Part shown: one piece after another, positions 53,134 to 63,426 of the stretch
Numbering within the stretch: position 1 is the stretch's first letter
How the letters are laid out: the number at the start of each line of letters is the position of its first letter
Assembly (NCBI GenBank): GCA_963771465.1
Contig: CAVYTU010000014.1
Span: 704,001 to 768,000, forward strand
Direction of reading: 5' to 3'
Length of the DNA stretch: 64,000 bases
DNA from: an uncultured delta proteobacterium
GTDB taxonomy: Bacteria > Desulfobacterota > Binatia > UBA9968
Made by a program: the position numbers and the translations under genes
Notes under the pieces: model-generated
Seen by the model: the letters and a program-made list of their open reading frames with translations, nothing else
Databases searched by the model: none
Told to the model about the DNA's origin: nothing

Positions 53134-54540
53134 ATGCAGTACCTGGCTATTTGCGAGGACGATCTCCTGTTTCAGTTCATGCGCAACGTCGCGGCGGAAC
53201 AAGGCGACGTGCGTTATCTCGTGCCCAATGAAACAATCGCGCGCCGGATCCGACGGCAGGGCGGCAACGTGCGTCACGGCGATCTCACCAAAGAAGAGAC
53301 TTACAAGAAGCTCAAACTACGTCATGTCGATCAGGCGATCGTGTTTGTGCGCGACGCCGGCGATCAGATCGCGGTTTGCCGGCTGCTCCGCGGTTTGGAC
53401 AAGAACCTTTCCATCGTTTCGTTGACCTCGGAAAAAAACGGCAAGAAAGAAGCCAATGGCTCGGATGACGGGCTGCTGCGCCACTTGCAGCTTGCCGATA
53501 TCTTCGCGGAGTTCTGCGCCGCACAGCTGCTCGACACGCTGAATATCAAAAAAGTCGAGCGCATTCGCTCGCTGTTCGGCGAGGGCGAGAAAATCCATAT
53601 TCTCTTGCAGCATGATCCCGATCCCGACGCCATCGGTAGCGCGCTGGCACTGCGCGAGTTACTCGGCCGCAACCGCGCCACGACCCCGATTGTCACTTTT
53701 GGCGGCATCACACGGCCGGAGAATCTCGCCATGATTCGCTTGCTGGATATCCAAGTCGAAAAGATTTCCTATAACGATCTCCACAAGGACAGTGCCCGAT
53801 TGGCTTTGGTCGACGTCCAGCCGCCTTATTTCGGCGCAACGCTGGGAAGAGTCGATCTGGTCGTCGATCATCATCCTAAACGGACCAATTTCAAAGCGCG
53901 CTTCGCCGATCTGCGCAGCGGTTACGGCTCGACGGCGACGATTTTTACCGAATATCTGCGCGCCGCCGCCATGGAACCGTCGCAGCGGCTGGCGACGGCG
54001 CTGCTCTATGGCATCAAGACCGACACGTTGTTTCTCGAGCGCGGCAGCAACCTCGCCGACTTGAGCGCGTTCAATTTTCTCTATCCGATCGCCAACAAGG
54101 CGATGATCACGCGCATCGAACGGCCGGCGTTACCGCGCGAAGATCTCGAAGCGATGGGGCGCGCGCTCAGCCGCTTGCAAGTCGAAAGCGGCGTCGCCGT
54201 GATTCACTTGGGTGAAGTGAACCGCGAAGACGTGATTCCGCAAATGGCCGAGTTTTGTTTGCAAATCGAAGGCGCGGATTGGAGCGTGGTTTCCGGGCTG
54301 GTAAACGACCGCGTGGTGATTTGCGTGCGCAACGTCGGCTACGTCAAGAGCGCCGGCGACATCATGAAAAAACTCTACGACGACATCGGCAGCGCCGGTG
54401 GCCACAGGGCGATGGCCAAAGCCGTCGTGCCTCTCGATCGTTTCAAAGAACGCTACGGTGAAGTCAGCGAGAAAGTGATCCTCGACGCCATGCTGCCCAT
54501 GATCGTTGACCGCGATCAGATCGAGCTCGAACTGCGCTGA
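53134..54540 (+). CDS. DHH/DHHA1 phosphoesterase with N-terminal RCK/TrkA-N-like domain
   Basis: HDPDPDAIGSA, VDHHP, GIKTDT, AGGH. Confidence 0.88.
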   Translation: MQYLAICEDDLLFQFMRNVAAEQGDVRYLVPNETIARRIRRQGGNVRHGDLTKEETYKKLKLRHVDQAIVFVRDAGDQIAVCRLLRGLDKNLSIVSLTSEKNGKKEANGSDDGLLRHLQLADIFAEFCAAQLLDTLNIKKVERIRSLFGEGEKIHILLQHDPDPDAIGSALALRELLGRNRATTPIVTFGGITRPENLAMIRLLDIQVEKISYNDLHKDSARLALVDVQPPYFGATLGRVDLVVDHHPKRTNFKARFADLRSGYGSTATIFTEYLRAAAMEPSQRLATALLYGIKTDTLFLERGSNLADLSAFNFLYPIANKAMITRIERPALPREDLEAMGRALSRLQVESGVAVIHLGEVNREDVIPQMAEFCLQIEGADWSVVSGLVNDRVVICVRNVGYVKSAGDIMKKLYDDIGSAGGHRAMAKAVVPLDRFKERYGEVSEKVILDAMLPMIVDRDQIELELR

Positions 54541-54552
54541 GGCGGGAATTCT

Positions 54553-54646
54553 TAGAATGATGGAGTAGTGGAGTGTTGGAGTAATGTTTTTTTCCGAACC
54601 CCAACGCGCCATTACTCCAATACTCCATCGCTCCAATTTCCATTCT
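54553..54646. repeat. Intergenic octamer inverted tandem-repeat element
   Basis: TGGAGTAG-TGGAGTGT-TGGAGTAA ... TTACTCCA-ATACTCCA-TCGCTCCA. Confidence 0.8.
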
Positions 54647-54712
54647 TCTGATTGACAAGCGAACCGCCACCGCGATAGGTTCGGCACCATCAATATTGAT
54701 CGGGAGGGTGAT

Positions 54713-55066
54713 ATGGAGTGTCACAATCTAGAGCAGAAGATCGACGAGGCGCGGGAGCAGAAGATTCGCAACAGCCATCTCTTTGGCACGGAAAATTTTC
54801 GCTCGTGGATGCTTTATTTCGATGCAGGCGATGAGACGCCGATGCATTTTCATCAAAACCCGGAGTCGTTTCTGGTTGTCCAAGGGCAGTGCTCGGTGAA
54901 AGATCCCAAAGGCGGAGAGCAAATTTTCAAAAAGAACGACATCCTTTTTATCCGCGCCAAAGAGTATTATCAGTTGATCAACAAGGGACCCGAGCCACTA
55001 GTAATGTTCGGCAATCGCTCCGAGCCCTTTGGCATCGGCATCACGCGGGCGGCGGAAGCAAAATAG
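54713..55066 (+). CDS. Cupin domain protein
   Basis: TPMHFHQNPESFLVVQG motif 1; GGAGG RBS; TTGACA at 54652. Confidence 0.82.
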   Translation: MECHNLEQKIDEAREQKIRNSHLFGTENFRSWMLYFDAGDETPMHFHQNPESFLVVQGQCSVKDPKGGEQIFKKNDILFIRAKEYYQLINKGPEPLVMFGNRSEPFGIGITRAAEAK

Positions 55067-55103
55067 TTCAGTCAAACTCAATTTCAAATTTTAGGAGTAC
55101 ATC

Positions 55104-55496
55104 ATGCCCAAGCTCAAACATCTGGCCATTCGCACCGAAGATACCGGGAAACTCGCGTCCTTTTATGTGGATGTTTTTGAAATGCAGATCCTGCATAAAG
55201 ACAAGAAGGAAGGCGGTGTGATTTATTTAACCGACGGGTATTTCAATTTAGCGATCCTGCCCAATCATGAACAGAACTCGCCCAACGGTCTGTACCATTT
55301 TGGCTTCGAAGTTGAGAACGGCGAGAAGATCGTCGAGAGGATGAAGAAGTTCAATGCCAACAAGTTACCCAAGCAGCGTCCCAATGGTCGGCCTTATGCG
55401 GAGACGCGCGGTTCGGATATCGACGGCAACTTCTTCGATATTTCAGAGCACGGCTTTCAAGTCGTGCAACCGGTGGGCGGCAAGGAAGTGGACTAA
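55104..55496 (+). CDS. VOC family protein (copy 1)
   Basis: KHLAI, GLYHFGFEV, DIDGNFFDI. Confidence 0.88.
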   Translation: MPKLKHLAIRTEDTGKLASFYVDVFEMQILHKDKKEGGVIYLTDGYFNLAILPNHEQNSPNGLYHFGFEVENGEKIVERMKKFNANKLPKQRPNGRPYAETRGSDIDGNFFDISEHGFQVVQPVGGKEVD

Positions 55497-55531
55497 CAAC
55501 GGCGCAGAAACGTTAAGGCAAGGAGAACAAT

Positions 55532-55930
55532 ATGCCTAAGATCAAACATTTGGCTATTCGCACCGAAGATACCGGCAAGCTCGCGACATTTTATATGGAT
55601 GTCTTCGAGATGCAGATGCTGCACAAGGAGAAAAACGAAGGCGGTGCGATTTTCCTGACCGACGGATATTTCAATCTGGCGATCCTGCCCAATCATGAGC
55701 AGAACGCGCCCAATGGTCTGTACCATTTCGGCTTCGAAGTGGAGAGCGGCGAGAAGATCGTCGACCGAATGAAAAAGATCAACCCCAATAAGCTGCCCAA
55801 AGGTCGCCCCAACGGCCGTCCCTACGCCGAGACGCGCGGCTCGGATCCCGATGGCAATTATTTCGATATTTCGGAGCATGGTTTTCAGAAGGTTGTGCCG
55901 CTCGGTGAGAAAGAGAAGCAATCTAGTTAG
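55532..55930 (+). CDS. VOC family protein (copy 2, tandem paralog)
   Basis: KHLAI, GLYHFGFEV, DPDGNYFDI. Confidence 0.88.
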   Translation: MPKIKHLAIRTEDTGKLATFYMDVFEMQMLHKEKNEGGAIFLTDGYFNLAILPNHEQNAPNGLYHFGFEVESGEKIVDRMKKINPNKLPKGRPNGRPYAETRGSDPDGNYFDISEHGFQKVVPLGEKEKQSS

Positions 55931-56056
55931 CGAGACTCGTGCCGCTGAGTCCGTCTCGATTCGTTGATGCCGGTTTGTCGGGCATCATCGGGTCCGTCCG
56001 GCTACGACGAACGGTGAAAGCGAGTTCCCGCCGATGACGAGATTCAGATTTGCGCC

Positions 56057-57068
56057 GTGGCAACCGACTGGTTTGGCGGCTGCTGTGCGCTGATCGTCAT
56101 TCTCTCGTTGCTCGTTTGCGCGCCGAGTCCGATAGCAGCCCAGACCAAGTCCAATCTTTCTTCCAGCGTGACCAGCGAAAGCATGACCCACGTCTGGGTG
56201 GCGCGCGAGCGCGGCTTGTTCAAAAAATATGGCGTCGACATGCAGTTCATCCTCATGCCGCGCAATCCCTTGGCTATCGCCGCTTTGCTCGCCGGTGAGA
56301 TCGACGCCGCGATCATCGGCCCCGGTCATCTTGTCAACGCCGGGCTGAGCGGCGCGGAACTCGCCGGCATCGCCAACTTCAATCAGAAGCTAGACTTCCG
56401 CCTCAACACACGCCCCGACATCAAGAAGCCGGAAGATCTGCGCGGCAAACGGATCGCGGTGAGCGGTCCAGGATCGACGTCGCATCTGGTATCGATGTTG
56501 GCGCTCCAGGGTCTCAGCATCGATCCATGCAAAGATTACTTTTCTGACGATACCGGGGACTGAAATGAATCGGCGCTTGGCGCTCGAGAGCGGCAGTGTC
56601 GATGCCACCACGCTTAGAGGCGCGATGGGCGAGGTCTACGCCAACAAAGGTTACACCTTGCTTTATAACTTGAAGTCCGCCGGCGTGACCTTGCCGCAGA
56701 ACATGATGGTGACGACGCGGCGCACGGCGGCGACCAAGCCGCAGGTGATCGAAGGTCATTTGAAAGCCACGATCGAGGCGATCGCGATGATCAACGATCC
56801 AGCTAACAAGGAACTGGTAAGCCGGCTCTTGGCATCGAACCTGCGCTTGAGCAATCCGGCCGATGTCGAGGAATCCTATCAAGCCGTGATCACCAATTAC
56901 GAGCGCGCGCCGCATACCAGCGTGGAGGGAATGAAGCGGCTGCAAAAACTCTTGATCCAGCTCAACCCAAAGATCGCCGAGGTGCGGGTTGAGACGCTGA
57001 TCGATAACTCTTTCATGAACAAGCTCGAAAGCTCCGGGTTCATCCAGAGCCTGTATAAGAAGAATTGA
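56057..57068 (+). pseudogene. ABC substrate-binding protein (NMT1/SsuA-like), frameshifted at about 56528
   Basis: WVARERGLFKKYG, EDLRGKRIAVS; after IDP the reading AKITFLTIPGTEMNRR continues in the frame of ORF 56565-57068. Confidence 0.8.
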
Positions 57069-57117
57069 TCAGCCATATCGCATTTTATCATTTCATCGAA
57101 GATGGAGATTGTGAACC

Positions 57118-58587
57118 GTGAGAACTGAGAACGTAGCCGTGGTGGTTGTCGGTGGCGGCAGCGCCGCCTTTGAAGCGGCGGTGGCGGCCAAGCAGGCCGG
57201 CGCGCCGAAAGTCGTCATGCTCGAGAAAGCGCCGGAGCCGGAATTCGGCGGCAACGCGCGCTATTCGCACACCGGTTTTCGCTGGGTGTTTTCCGGCCCC
57301 GATGAGATTCGCAAGTTCCTGCCGGACATGGACGACGCCATGTTCGCCAAGCTGCATATCCCGGCCTACACCGCGGAACAATTTCACGCCGACCTGCAGC
57401 GGGTTACGCGGGGACGGATCAGCAAAGAACTGTCCGAGGTCTTGGTGACGCAATCGACCGCGGCGATTCATTGGATGCGCGAAGTCGGCATCAAATGGGA
57501 CATCGACAGTTATGTGATCATCGACGGTAAATATTATTTCGAACCGGGGATGGTGATCCATCCGCGCGGCGGCGTTGAGGGCGGACTGGATCAGCTCATG
57601 CAGTGGCGCGAGATTGCCACTAAGATGGGCATTGAGCTGCGCTACGAATCGCGGGTCGCGGCGCTGCTCGGCAACGACCGGCGCATCGATGGCGTGCGCG
57701 TTTCCGATCCCAACGAAGAGTATGAAATTCGCGCTAACTCGGTGATCCTGTGCGCCGGCGGTTTTCAGGCGAGCGCGGAGAAGCGCGCGCGTTATCTCGG
57801 CCCCAACGCCGATTTGATGAAGGTGCGCGGCAGCAAGCATGACACCGGCGAAGTGCTCATGATGGCGATCGACTTGGGCGCCAAAACCGCCGGCCATTGG
57901 CAAGGCGCGCATGCGACGCCGATCGACGCGACTTTTCCCGACGTCGAAATCAGCAATAAAGCCAATCGCTACGGCTACACCTACGGCATCACCGTGAATT
58001 CCTTGGGCCAGCGCTTTTTCGACGAAGGCGAAGCACGCCATTCTTACACCTACGCCAAGACCGGTTGGGCGGTGTTGGCGCAACCGGGTGCGGTTGCCTA
58101 TCAAATCTACGATCAAAAGGCGCTGGCGTTTTTGAACAAACGCTATTACGAATTTTCCCATCCCATCGAAGCGAGCACGATTGAAGAGTTGGCGCAGAAG
58201 ATCAGCATCGAGCCGATGATTCTCAAACGGACCGTCGAGGAATTCAACGGCGCGATCCGCAAGGACATTCCGTTCGACGCCACCAAACTGGATGGGCGCT
58301 GCACCGAGGGTATCACGCCGAAGAAATCCCACTGGGCTGATACCCTCGACAAGCCGCCCTACTTCGCGTACGCGATCACTGGCGGTGTGACGTTCACCTT
58401 CGGCGGCTTGCAGATCAATACCCAGGCGCAGGTGTTGAATACATCGAACAATCCGATTCGCGGTCTGTTCGCCTCTGGTGACATCGTCGGATTGTTCTTC
58501 CACAACTACCCGTCCTGCACCGGCCAGACGCGCAATGTGGTTTTCTCCCGGCTAGCCGGTAGAAACGCAGCGGCGCAGGGATTGTAA
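57118..58587 (+). CDS. FAD-dependent oxidoreductase, TcuA (tricarballylate dehydrogenase)-like
   Basis: VVGGGSAA, GGNARYS, CAGGF, GITVNSLGQRFFDEG, TFTFGGL, GLFFHNYP. Confidence 0.85.
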   Translation: MRTENVAVVVVGGGSAAFEAAVAAKQAGAPKVVMLEKAPEPEFGGNARYSHTGFRWVFSGPDEIRKFLPDMDDAMFAKLHIPAYTAEQFHADLQRVTRGRISKELSEVLVTQSTAAIHWMREVGIKWDIDSYVIIDGKYYFEPGMVIHPRGGVEGGLDQLMQWREIATKMGIELRYESRVAALLGNDRRIDGVRVSDPNEEYEIRANSVILCAGGFQASAEKRARYLGPNADLMKVRGSKHDTGEVLMMAIDLGAKTAGHWQGAHATPIDATFPDVEISNKANRYGYTYGITVNSLGQRFFDEGEARHSYTYAKTGWAVLAQPGAVAYQIYDQKALAFLNKRYYEFSHPIEASTIEELAQKISIEPMILKRTVEEFNGAIRKDIPFDATKLDGRCTEGITPKKSHWADTLDKPPYFAYAITGGVTFTFGGLQINTQAQVLNTSNNPIRGLFASGDIVGLFFHNYPSCTGQTRNVVFSRLAGRNAAAQGL

Positions 58588-58692
58588 CGCCGCGGCCGAT
58601 ATCATTGCTTCAGTGCAGGATGACGTGAAACGTAATCCAAAAATCTCCCGTACGCTGAGCATCATCGGGGCTAATCGGATGATGAGACTCAC

Positions 58693-59766
58693 ATGACTCG
58701 ACGGAGACTTTGCAACGGTGGGCGAAAGGTATGGACGACATTAATCCTGATAGTCTTCGTTGTTGCCGCCGGCTCGGCCGCGCGCCTCGAGGCGCAGAGT
58801 CGCGAGCCTTTCTTTGACGGCAAGACGATTCGCTTTCTCGTCGCCAGCGGTCCCGGCGCCACCACGGACATCAGCGCGCGTCTTGTCGGCCGCTACTTGG
58901 GCAAACACATTCCGGGAAATCCCGGTGTCGTCGTGCAAAACATGTCGGGAGCCGGCGGCATCGTCGCGGCCAATTATCTATTCAACGTCGCCAAGCCGGA
59001 CGGGCTCACGGTCGCCGCGATCAGCCGCGCCAACTACATAGAACAAATGGTTGGCCGTACAGAAGTGAAAACCGATTTTCGCAAACTCAGTTGGATCGGC
59101 AGCTTTAATAAGTCGCCGATGATGATGGCATGCCGGTCGGACACCGAGTACAAGAGTATTGCCGCCATACGTGCGGCTAAGACGGCGCCACGATTCGGTC
59201 AATCCGGGACGGGCAGTATCAGTTTCGTTTTTGCCAATTTGATCGAACGGATTCTCGATATAAAAGTAAAGAACGTTACCGGTTTTCAATCCGGCCGCGA
59301 CACCGACTTGGGACTGGAACGGGGTGAAGTGGATTGCCGCGCGACCTCCGACGTGACGGTTATTCGCGCGCCGTGGAATCGTTGGGTTAAGGACAATTAT
59401 GTCACGTTCGTCCTCCAGCAGGGACCGGAAAAGAGCGTGCTGCTGCCGCCTGTCCCAACCGTCGCCGAGCTTGCGCGCCCGGAAGCGAAGCCATACCTCG
59501 ATCTCATGAATGTTATGCTCGCGTACACCGAATTTGATCGACCTTTTGCCGGTCCGCCTGGTATACCGAATGAGCGGCTACAGATTTTGCGGGAGAGTTT
59601 CGAGCGCATGTTAAAGGACGCTGAGTTTGCCGCTGAAGCAAAAAAACTCGTGGACTGGGACGGCGCGACTTATCTCAGCGGCGAGCAGCTCCAAAAAAAG
59701 ATGATCGCTACGGTCACCCAGCCGCCGGAGGTCATCAAGCGGGTGAAGGAAATTCTCGCAGAGTAA
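58693..59766 (+). CDS. Tripartite tricarboxylate transporter substrate-binding protein (TctC/Bug-like)
   Basis: GKTIRFLV...PG..TD..ARLV, VQNMSGAGG..AANYL, ERGEVD, PPGIP. Confidence 0.87.
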   Translation: MTRRRLCNGGRKVWTTLILIVFVVAAGSAARLEAQSREPFFDGKTIRFLVASGPGATTDISARLVGRYLGKHIPGNPGVVVQNMSGAGGIVAANYLFNVAKPDGLTVAAISRANYIEQMVGRTEVKTDFRKLSWIGSFNKSPMMMACRSDTEYKSIAAIRAAKTAPRFGQSGTGSISFVFANLIERILDIKVKNVTGFQSGRDTDLGLERGEVDCRATSDVTVIRAPWNRWVKDNYVTFVLQQGPEKSVLLPPVPTVAELARPEAKPYLDLMNVMLAYTEFDRPFAGPPGIPNERLQILRESFERMLKDAEFAAEAKKLVDWDGATYLSGEQLQKKMIATVTQPPEVIKRVKEILAE

Positions 59767-59836
59767 TAGGTTACTTTACCGAGCCCGATAGGGGCATGCA
59801 GGCGCAGGCGCTCTTATTGGTGATGCAAAACTAAAA

Positions 59837-60952
59837 ATGACTAGCTTGATTGCCCCAAAGCGATTGATCGAACCGAGATTTTCCCGCTTGGGGATTTCGT
59901 CCTTGAGCCGATTGTTCGGTTTAATCCTGTGTGCGTGGTGCTGCCTTTTCTCAGCGGCGCCTGTGATGGTTCAAGCGCAGGCGGTCGATGCCTTTTACAG
60001 CGGTAAGACGATTCAATTCATCGTCTCGAGCGGCCCTGGAGTGACGACTGATGTCGCTGCCCGTCTCGTCGCGCGCTATCTCGGTAAGCATGTGCCGGGA
60101 AATCCGACGATTGTCGCGCGCAACATGCCGGGAGCCGGCGGGCTGGTGGCGGCAAATTATCTCTACAGCATCGCCAAGCCCGACGGCTTGACAGTTTTAG
60201 CGGTCAGCCGGGCCAACTATCTGGACCAGATGGCGGGACGCCCCGAGGTAAAAGTCGATTTTCGCAAACTCGGTTGGCTCGGCAGTTATAATCGTTCGCC
60301 GATGATGGTGGCTTGCCGCGCCGACACGCCGTACCGGAGCATCGCTGCGATACGATCGGCAAAGACGCCGCCGCGATTTGGCCAGGCGGGCACGGGCAGC
60401 GTGAGCTATGTGTTTGCCAGTCTGCTCAGCAAGATTTTCGATCTCAAGATGAAACACGTGAGCGGCTTTCAGTCGGCGCGCGAAACCGACTTGGGCATGG
60501 AGCGTGGCGAAGTGGATTGCCGCGCTGCCACCGACGTGGTCATGCTGCGTCCGCCGTGGGACCGTTGGGTCAAGGAGAAGTTCATCACGTTTCTCATTCA
60601 GCAGGGACCGGAGAAGAGCAGCTTGATCCCGCCGGTGTCGACCGTGTACGAGACCGCGCCGGCTGATGCCAAGTCAACCGTGGATTTGATGTCGATCATG
60701 ATGGCATACACGGATTTCGAGCGGCCCTTTGCCGCGCCGCCGGGAGTGGCGCAAGAGCGCCTGCAAATTCTGCGCGACAGTTTTCAAAGGATATGGCAGG
60801 ATGCCGAATTTGCCGCCGAAGCAAAAAAGCTGACGGACTGGGACGGCCGCTGGCATCTCACGGGTGAGCAGCTGCAAAAGAAAATGGAAACGACAATCAG
60901 TCAACCGCCCGATGTGATCAAGCGGATCAAAGAGATTCTCGAAGAATCGTGA
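59837..60952 (+). CDS. Tripartite tricarboxylate transporter substrate-binding protein (tandem paralog)
   Basis: GKTIQFIV...PG..TD..ARLV, NMPGAGG..AANYL, ERGEVD, PPGV. Confidence 0.87.
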   Translation: MTSLIAPKRLIEPRFSRLGISSLSRLFGLILCAWCCLFSAAPVMVQAQAVDAFYSGKTIQFIVSSGPGVTTDVAARLVARYLGKHVPGNPTIVARNMPGAGGLVAANYLYSIAKPDGLTVLAVSRANYLDQMAGRPEVKVDFRKLGWLGSYNRSPMMVACRADTPYRSIAAIRSAKTPPRFGQAGTGSVSYVFASLLSKIFDLKMKHVSGFQSARETDLGMERGEVDCRAATDVVMLRPPWDRWVKEKFITFLIQQGPEKSSLIPPVSTVYETAPADAKSTVDLMSIMMAYTDFERPFAAPPGVAQERLQILRDSFQRIWQDAEFAAEAKKLTDWDGRWHLTGEQLQKKMETTISQPPDVIKRIKEILEES

Positions 60953-61010
60953 CGTTCTCGAACAATAAGCCAATCGGGTTTAACTTGCTCGACAACGTCG
61001 TTAGCCGTCT

Positions 61011-62372
61011 CTACAGATTAACCACAGCCACGCCATCACGAATCGTTACTTTCGTACCGTAACGCTCAGATAGTTTTTTCACTCGTTCGAGCACGCGCTG
61101 CGCCACTTCGCCTTCGGCGAGAACGGGTCGGCCGCGTTGGGGTCGAGGGCGGCCGAAACCTTGATCGATGGGGTGGACGCGAATTTCTTTGAGCTTGTGA
61201 TCGGCAAATTCACAGACGGCGAACATGTTTTCCCAGTAGGCCGGATCGCTCGGGTGGCCTTTTTTACCGCCGTTGGTGCGGGCGTCGAGGAAGTCCGCCG
61301 GCGTGGCTTTGAGATCGAGATCGAAGCGTTCGTAGGCGTCGGCAGGGAAGAAGCCGACGGTTTCATTTTGAAAAACTAAATTACCTACGCTGTAAAAAAT
61401 CGCTTTGCCCTGATAGATTTCGATGCCCAAGGGAAAATGCGGTCCATGGCTGACGACGATATCGGCGCCGGCGTCGATCGCTTGGTGCGCAAACTTGGTC
61501 ACGAAATCGGCGGTTTCTTCGAGTTCGGCGCGGGTTGCCGCGGTAAGCAGAGTCGGACCGCCGAACTCGTGGCAGTGAACGCTGACGACGACCCAGTCGG
61601 CCTGGCGGCGCGCTTCGCCGATCCAGCGTAAATTATCCCTGAGGTCGCGTTCGTTGGCTTCGGTCGTGATTGAGAAGCCTTCGCCCAGGACATAGCGATT
61701 GCCGAGCAGGCTCAACTCGGCCGCATTGGCGCTGGCAATTTCCTTGTCGCTGTAAAAATGTTTGCGCGCCCGTTCAACGCTTTTTTCAAAACCGAGTCCC
61801 TGGTTAACTCGTTGCAATTGTTCGAACGCCTTAGCGTCGACGCTGTAGGTGGTTTGGAAGCCGAGCGGGTTGATGCCGGGCCGGCCGCGCAAGTCGGGGC
61901 GCTGTTCGCCGGCTTGATTCCACGGTCGAAACGTCGCAGTGGCGGCAACCAAGGCGACACGGCCGTTGGCTGTGTCGAGATAGCCGGGAGCGCGCGCCTC
62001 GGCGAGATTTTTGCCGCTGCCGGCATGGACGATTCCGGCTTCGTCGAGATGTTTGATATTGGCCAGCACGCCGTCTTCGCCGTAGTCGAAGGCGTGATTG
62101 TTCGCGCAGCACACCAAGTTGATGCCGAGCCATTTCAATTCATCGAGCAACGCCGGCTCGGTCGTCATAAATGTTCCCTGAGTAATCCCCGGCGTGCCTT
62201 CGTCCCAGTCGTGCACGGTGCCTTCGAGATTGGCGAAGCTGGCATCCGCGCTGCGCAAAATTTCGCGCAACTTTAAGAACCGCTCTTCTTTGAACGGCGT
62301 CAATTTGCGCGTGAGCATGGTGTCGCCGGCCAGCGCGATGGTGAAATTGCCTTTTTCGGATTGGTAAGTCAC
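61011..62372 (-). CDS. CapA/PgsA-family metallophosphatase-fold protein
   Basis: AGDTM, ANLE, ANNHAFDYG, SVHCHE, HGPH, YSVGN. Confidence 0.88.
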   Translation of the reverse strand: MTYQSEKGNFTIALAGDTMLTRKLTPFKEERFLKLREILRSADASFANLEGTVHDWDEGTPGITQGTFMTTEPALLDELKWLGINLVCCANNHAFDYGEDGVLANIKHLDEAGIVHAGSGKNLAEARAPGYLDTANGRVALVAATATFRPWNQAGEQRPDLRGRPGINPLGFQTTYSVDAKAFEQLQRVNQGLGFEKSVERARKHFYSDKEIASANAAELSLLGNRYVLGEGFSITTEANERDLRDNLRWIGEARRQADWVVVSVHCHEFGGPTLLTAATRAELEETADFVTKFAHQAIDAGADIVVSHGPHFPLGIEIYQGKAIFYSVGNLVFQNETVGFFPADAYERFDLDLKATPADFLDARTNGGKKGHPSDPAYWENMFAVCEFADHKLKEIRVHPIDQGFGRPRPQRGRPVLAEGEVAQRVLERVKKLSERYGTKVTIRDGVAVVNL

Positions 62373-62415
62373 AGTTCTCTCCTTAGCTTGATTGCTTCAA
62401 TTCTTTAGACCGGCG

Positions 62416-63426
62416 TCACTTAAGTCCCATCACTTTGCGGTAGGTTTGGTAATATTCGTTGTAGCGCGGCGCCAAGGTCATCGGCAGCGGAATCACTTTA
62501 GTTTTCGGCGCTGCGTCTTTGAGGATCGGCGAAGCGACATCGGTGCGCGGCACGTAGTAACCGGCGGCGGCGATCACTTCTTGGCCCTCGCGCGAGAGCA
62601 AAAAATCGTGAAACAAACGCGCCGCGTTGGGGTGCGGCGCGTCTTTGACCACCGCGAGGCCAAAGGTCAAGCCGATGGCGGGCTCGGCGCTGACCCATTC
62701 GATCGGCGCGCTTTCTTTTTTCAGCCGGTCGACGCCGTTGGCGAATGCGACGACGACGACGGCGCGCTCTCCGGCGGCGACTAGGGTTTGCAACAGAGTG
62801 TGGCCGGTGCGGAATTGAATTTCCTGCGCCGCCAGCTTGCGCATCAAGTCCATGGCCTTCGCCTCGCCATAGTACTGGATCATGCCGGCCATCCATTTGC
62901 TTTCGTTTTCGTCCATCAGCAATTGGCCTTTCCAGCGCGCCTCGGTGAGATCAAAAAAACTTTTCGGCGCGTCGGCCGAAGCGACCATTTTCTTGTTGTA
63001 GGCGATCACGTTGAGCGTGGCGGCGGGCATCATCCAAAACCCCTTTTCGTCGCGATACTCCGCTGGGAACGCGGCGCGCTCCGGCGAGAAGTAACTTTCA
63101 AATAGCCCTTTCTGAAATACACCGTAGAAATCGAAGCCAGATTGCTGCACGACGTCGGCGCGAACTTTGCGTCCTTGAGCTTCGGCGACGAGCCGCGTAG
63201 TCATCCTTTCCGAGCCGATGCGGGTGGCGTCGACCTTGATGAACGGATATTTCTTTTCAAAGGCAGCGGTGATGCGTTGCGCCGACACCGCTTCCATGGA
63301 AGCGTAGAAGACCACTTGGCCTTCCTTTTTGGCGCCGTCGATGAGCGACTGCGCTGAAGCGCTCGCACCGATTGAACCGAGCGAGAGTGTGATGACTGCC
63401 AAAATCGACGAAAATTGTCGCTTCAT
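62416..63426 (-). CDS. ABC extracellular solute-binding protein (Fe3+/thiamine AfuA-like)
   Basis: GAKKEGQVVFY, AFEKKYP, APHPNAARLF.DF.LS.EGQ. Confidence 0.87.
   Translation of the reverse strand: MKRQFSSILAVITLSLGSIGASASAQSLIDGAKKEGQVVFYASMEAVSAQRITAAFEKKYPFIKVDATRIGSERMTTRLVAEAQGRKVRADVVQQSGFDFYGVFQKGLFESYFSPERAAFPAEYRDEKGFWMMPAATLNVIAYNKKMVASADAPKSFFDLTEARWKGQLLMDENESKWMAGMIQYYGEAKAMDLMRKLAAQEIQFRTGHTLLQTLVAAGERAVVVVAFANGVDRLKKESAPIEWVSAEPAIGLTFGLAVVKDAPHPNAARLFHDFLLSREGQEVIAAAGYYVPRTDVASPILKDAAPKTKVIPLPMTLAPRYNEYYQTYRKVMGLK

Noticed and set aside
54553-54646. Short repeats as a CRISPR array
   Set aside because: Units are 7-8 nt without spacers, and there are no cas genes.
57088-58503. 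471-aa minus-strand ORF
   Set aside because: Antisense shadow of the TcuA-like flavoprotein; no recognisable motifs, and such ORFs are expected in GC-rich coding DNA.
61011-62372. Poly-gamma-glutamate capsule locus
   Set aside because: The CapA-family gene stands alone, with no capB or capC.
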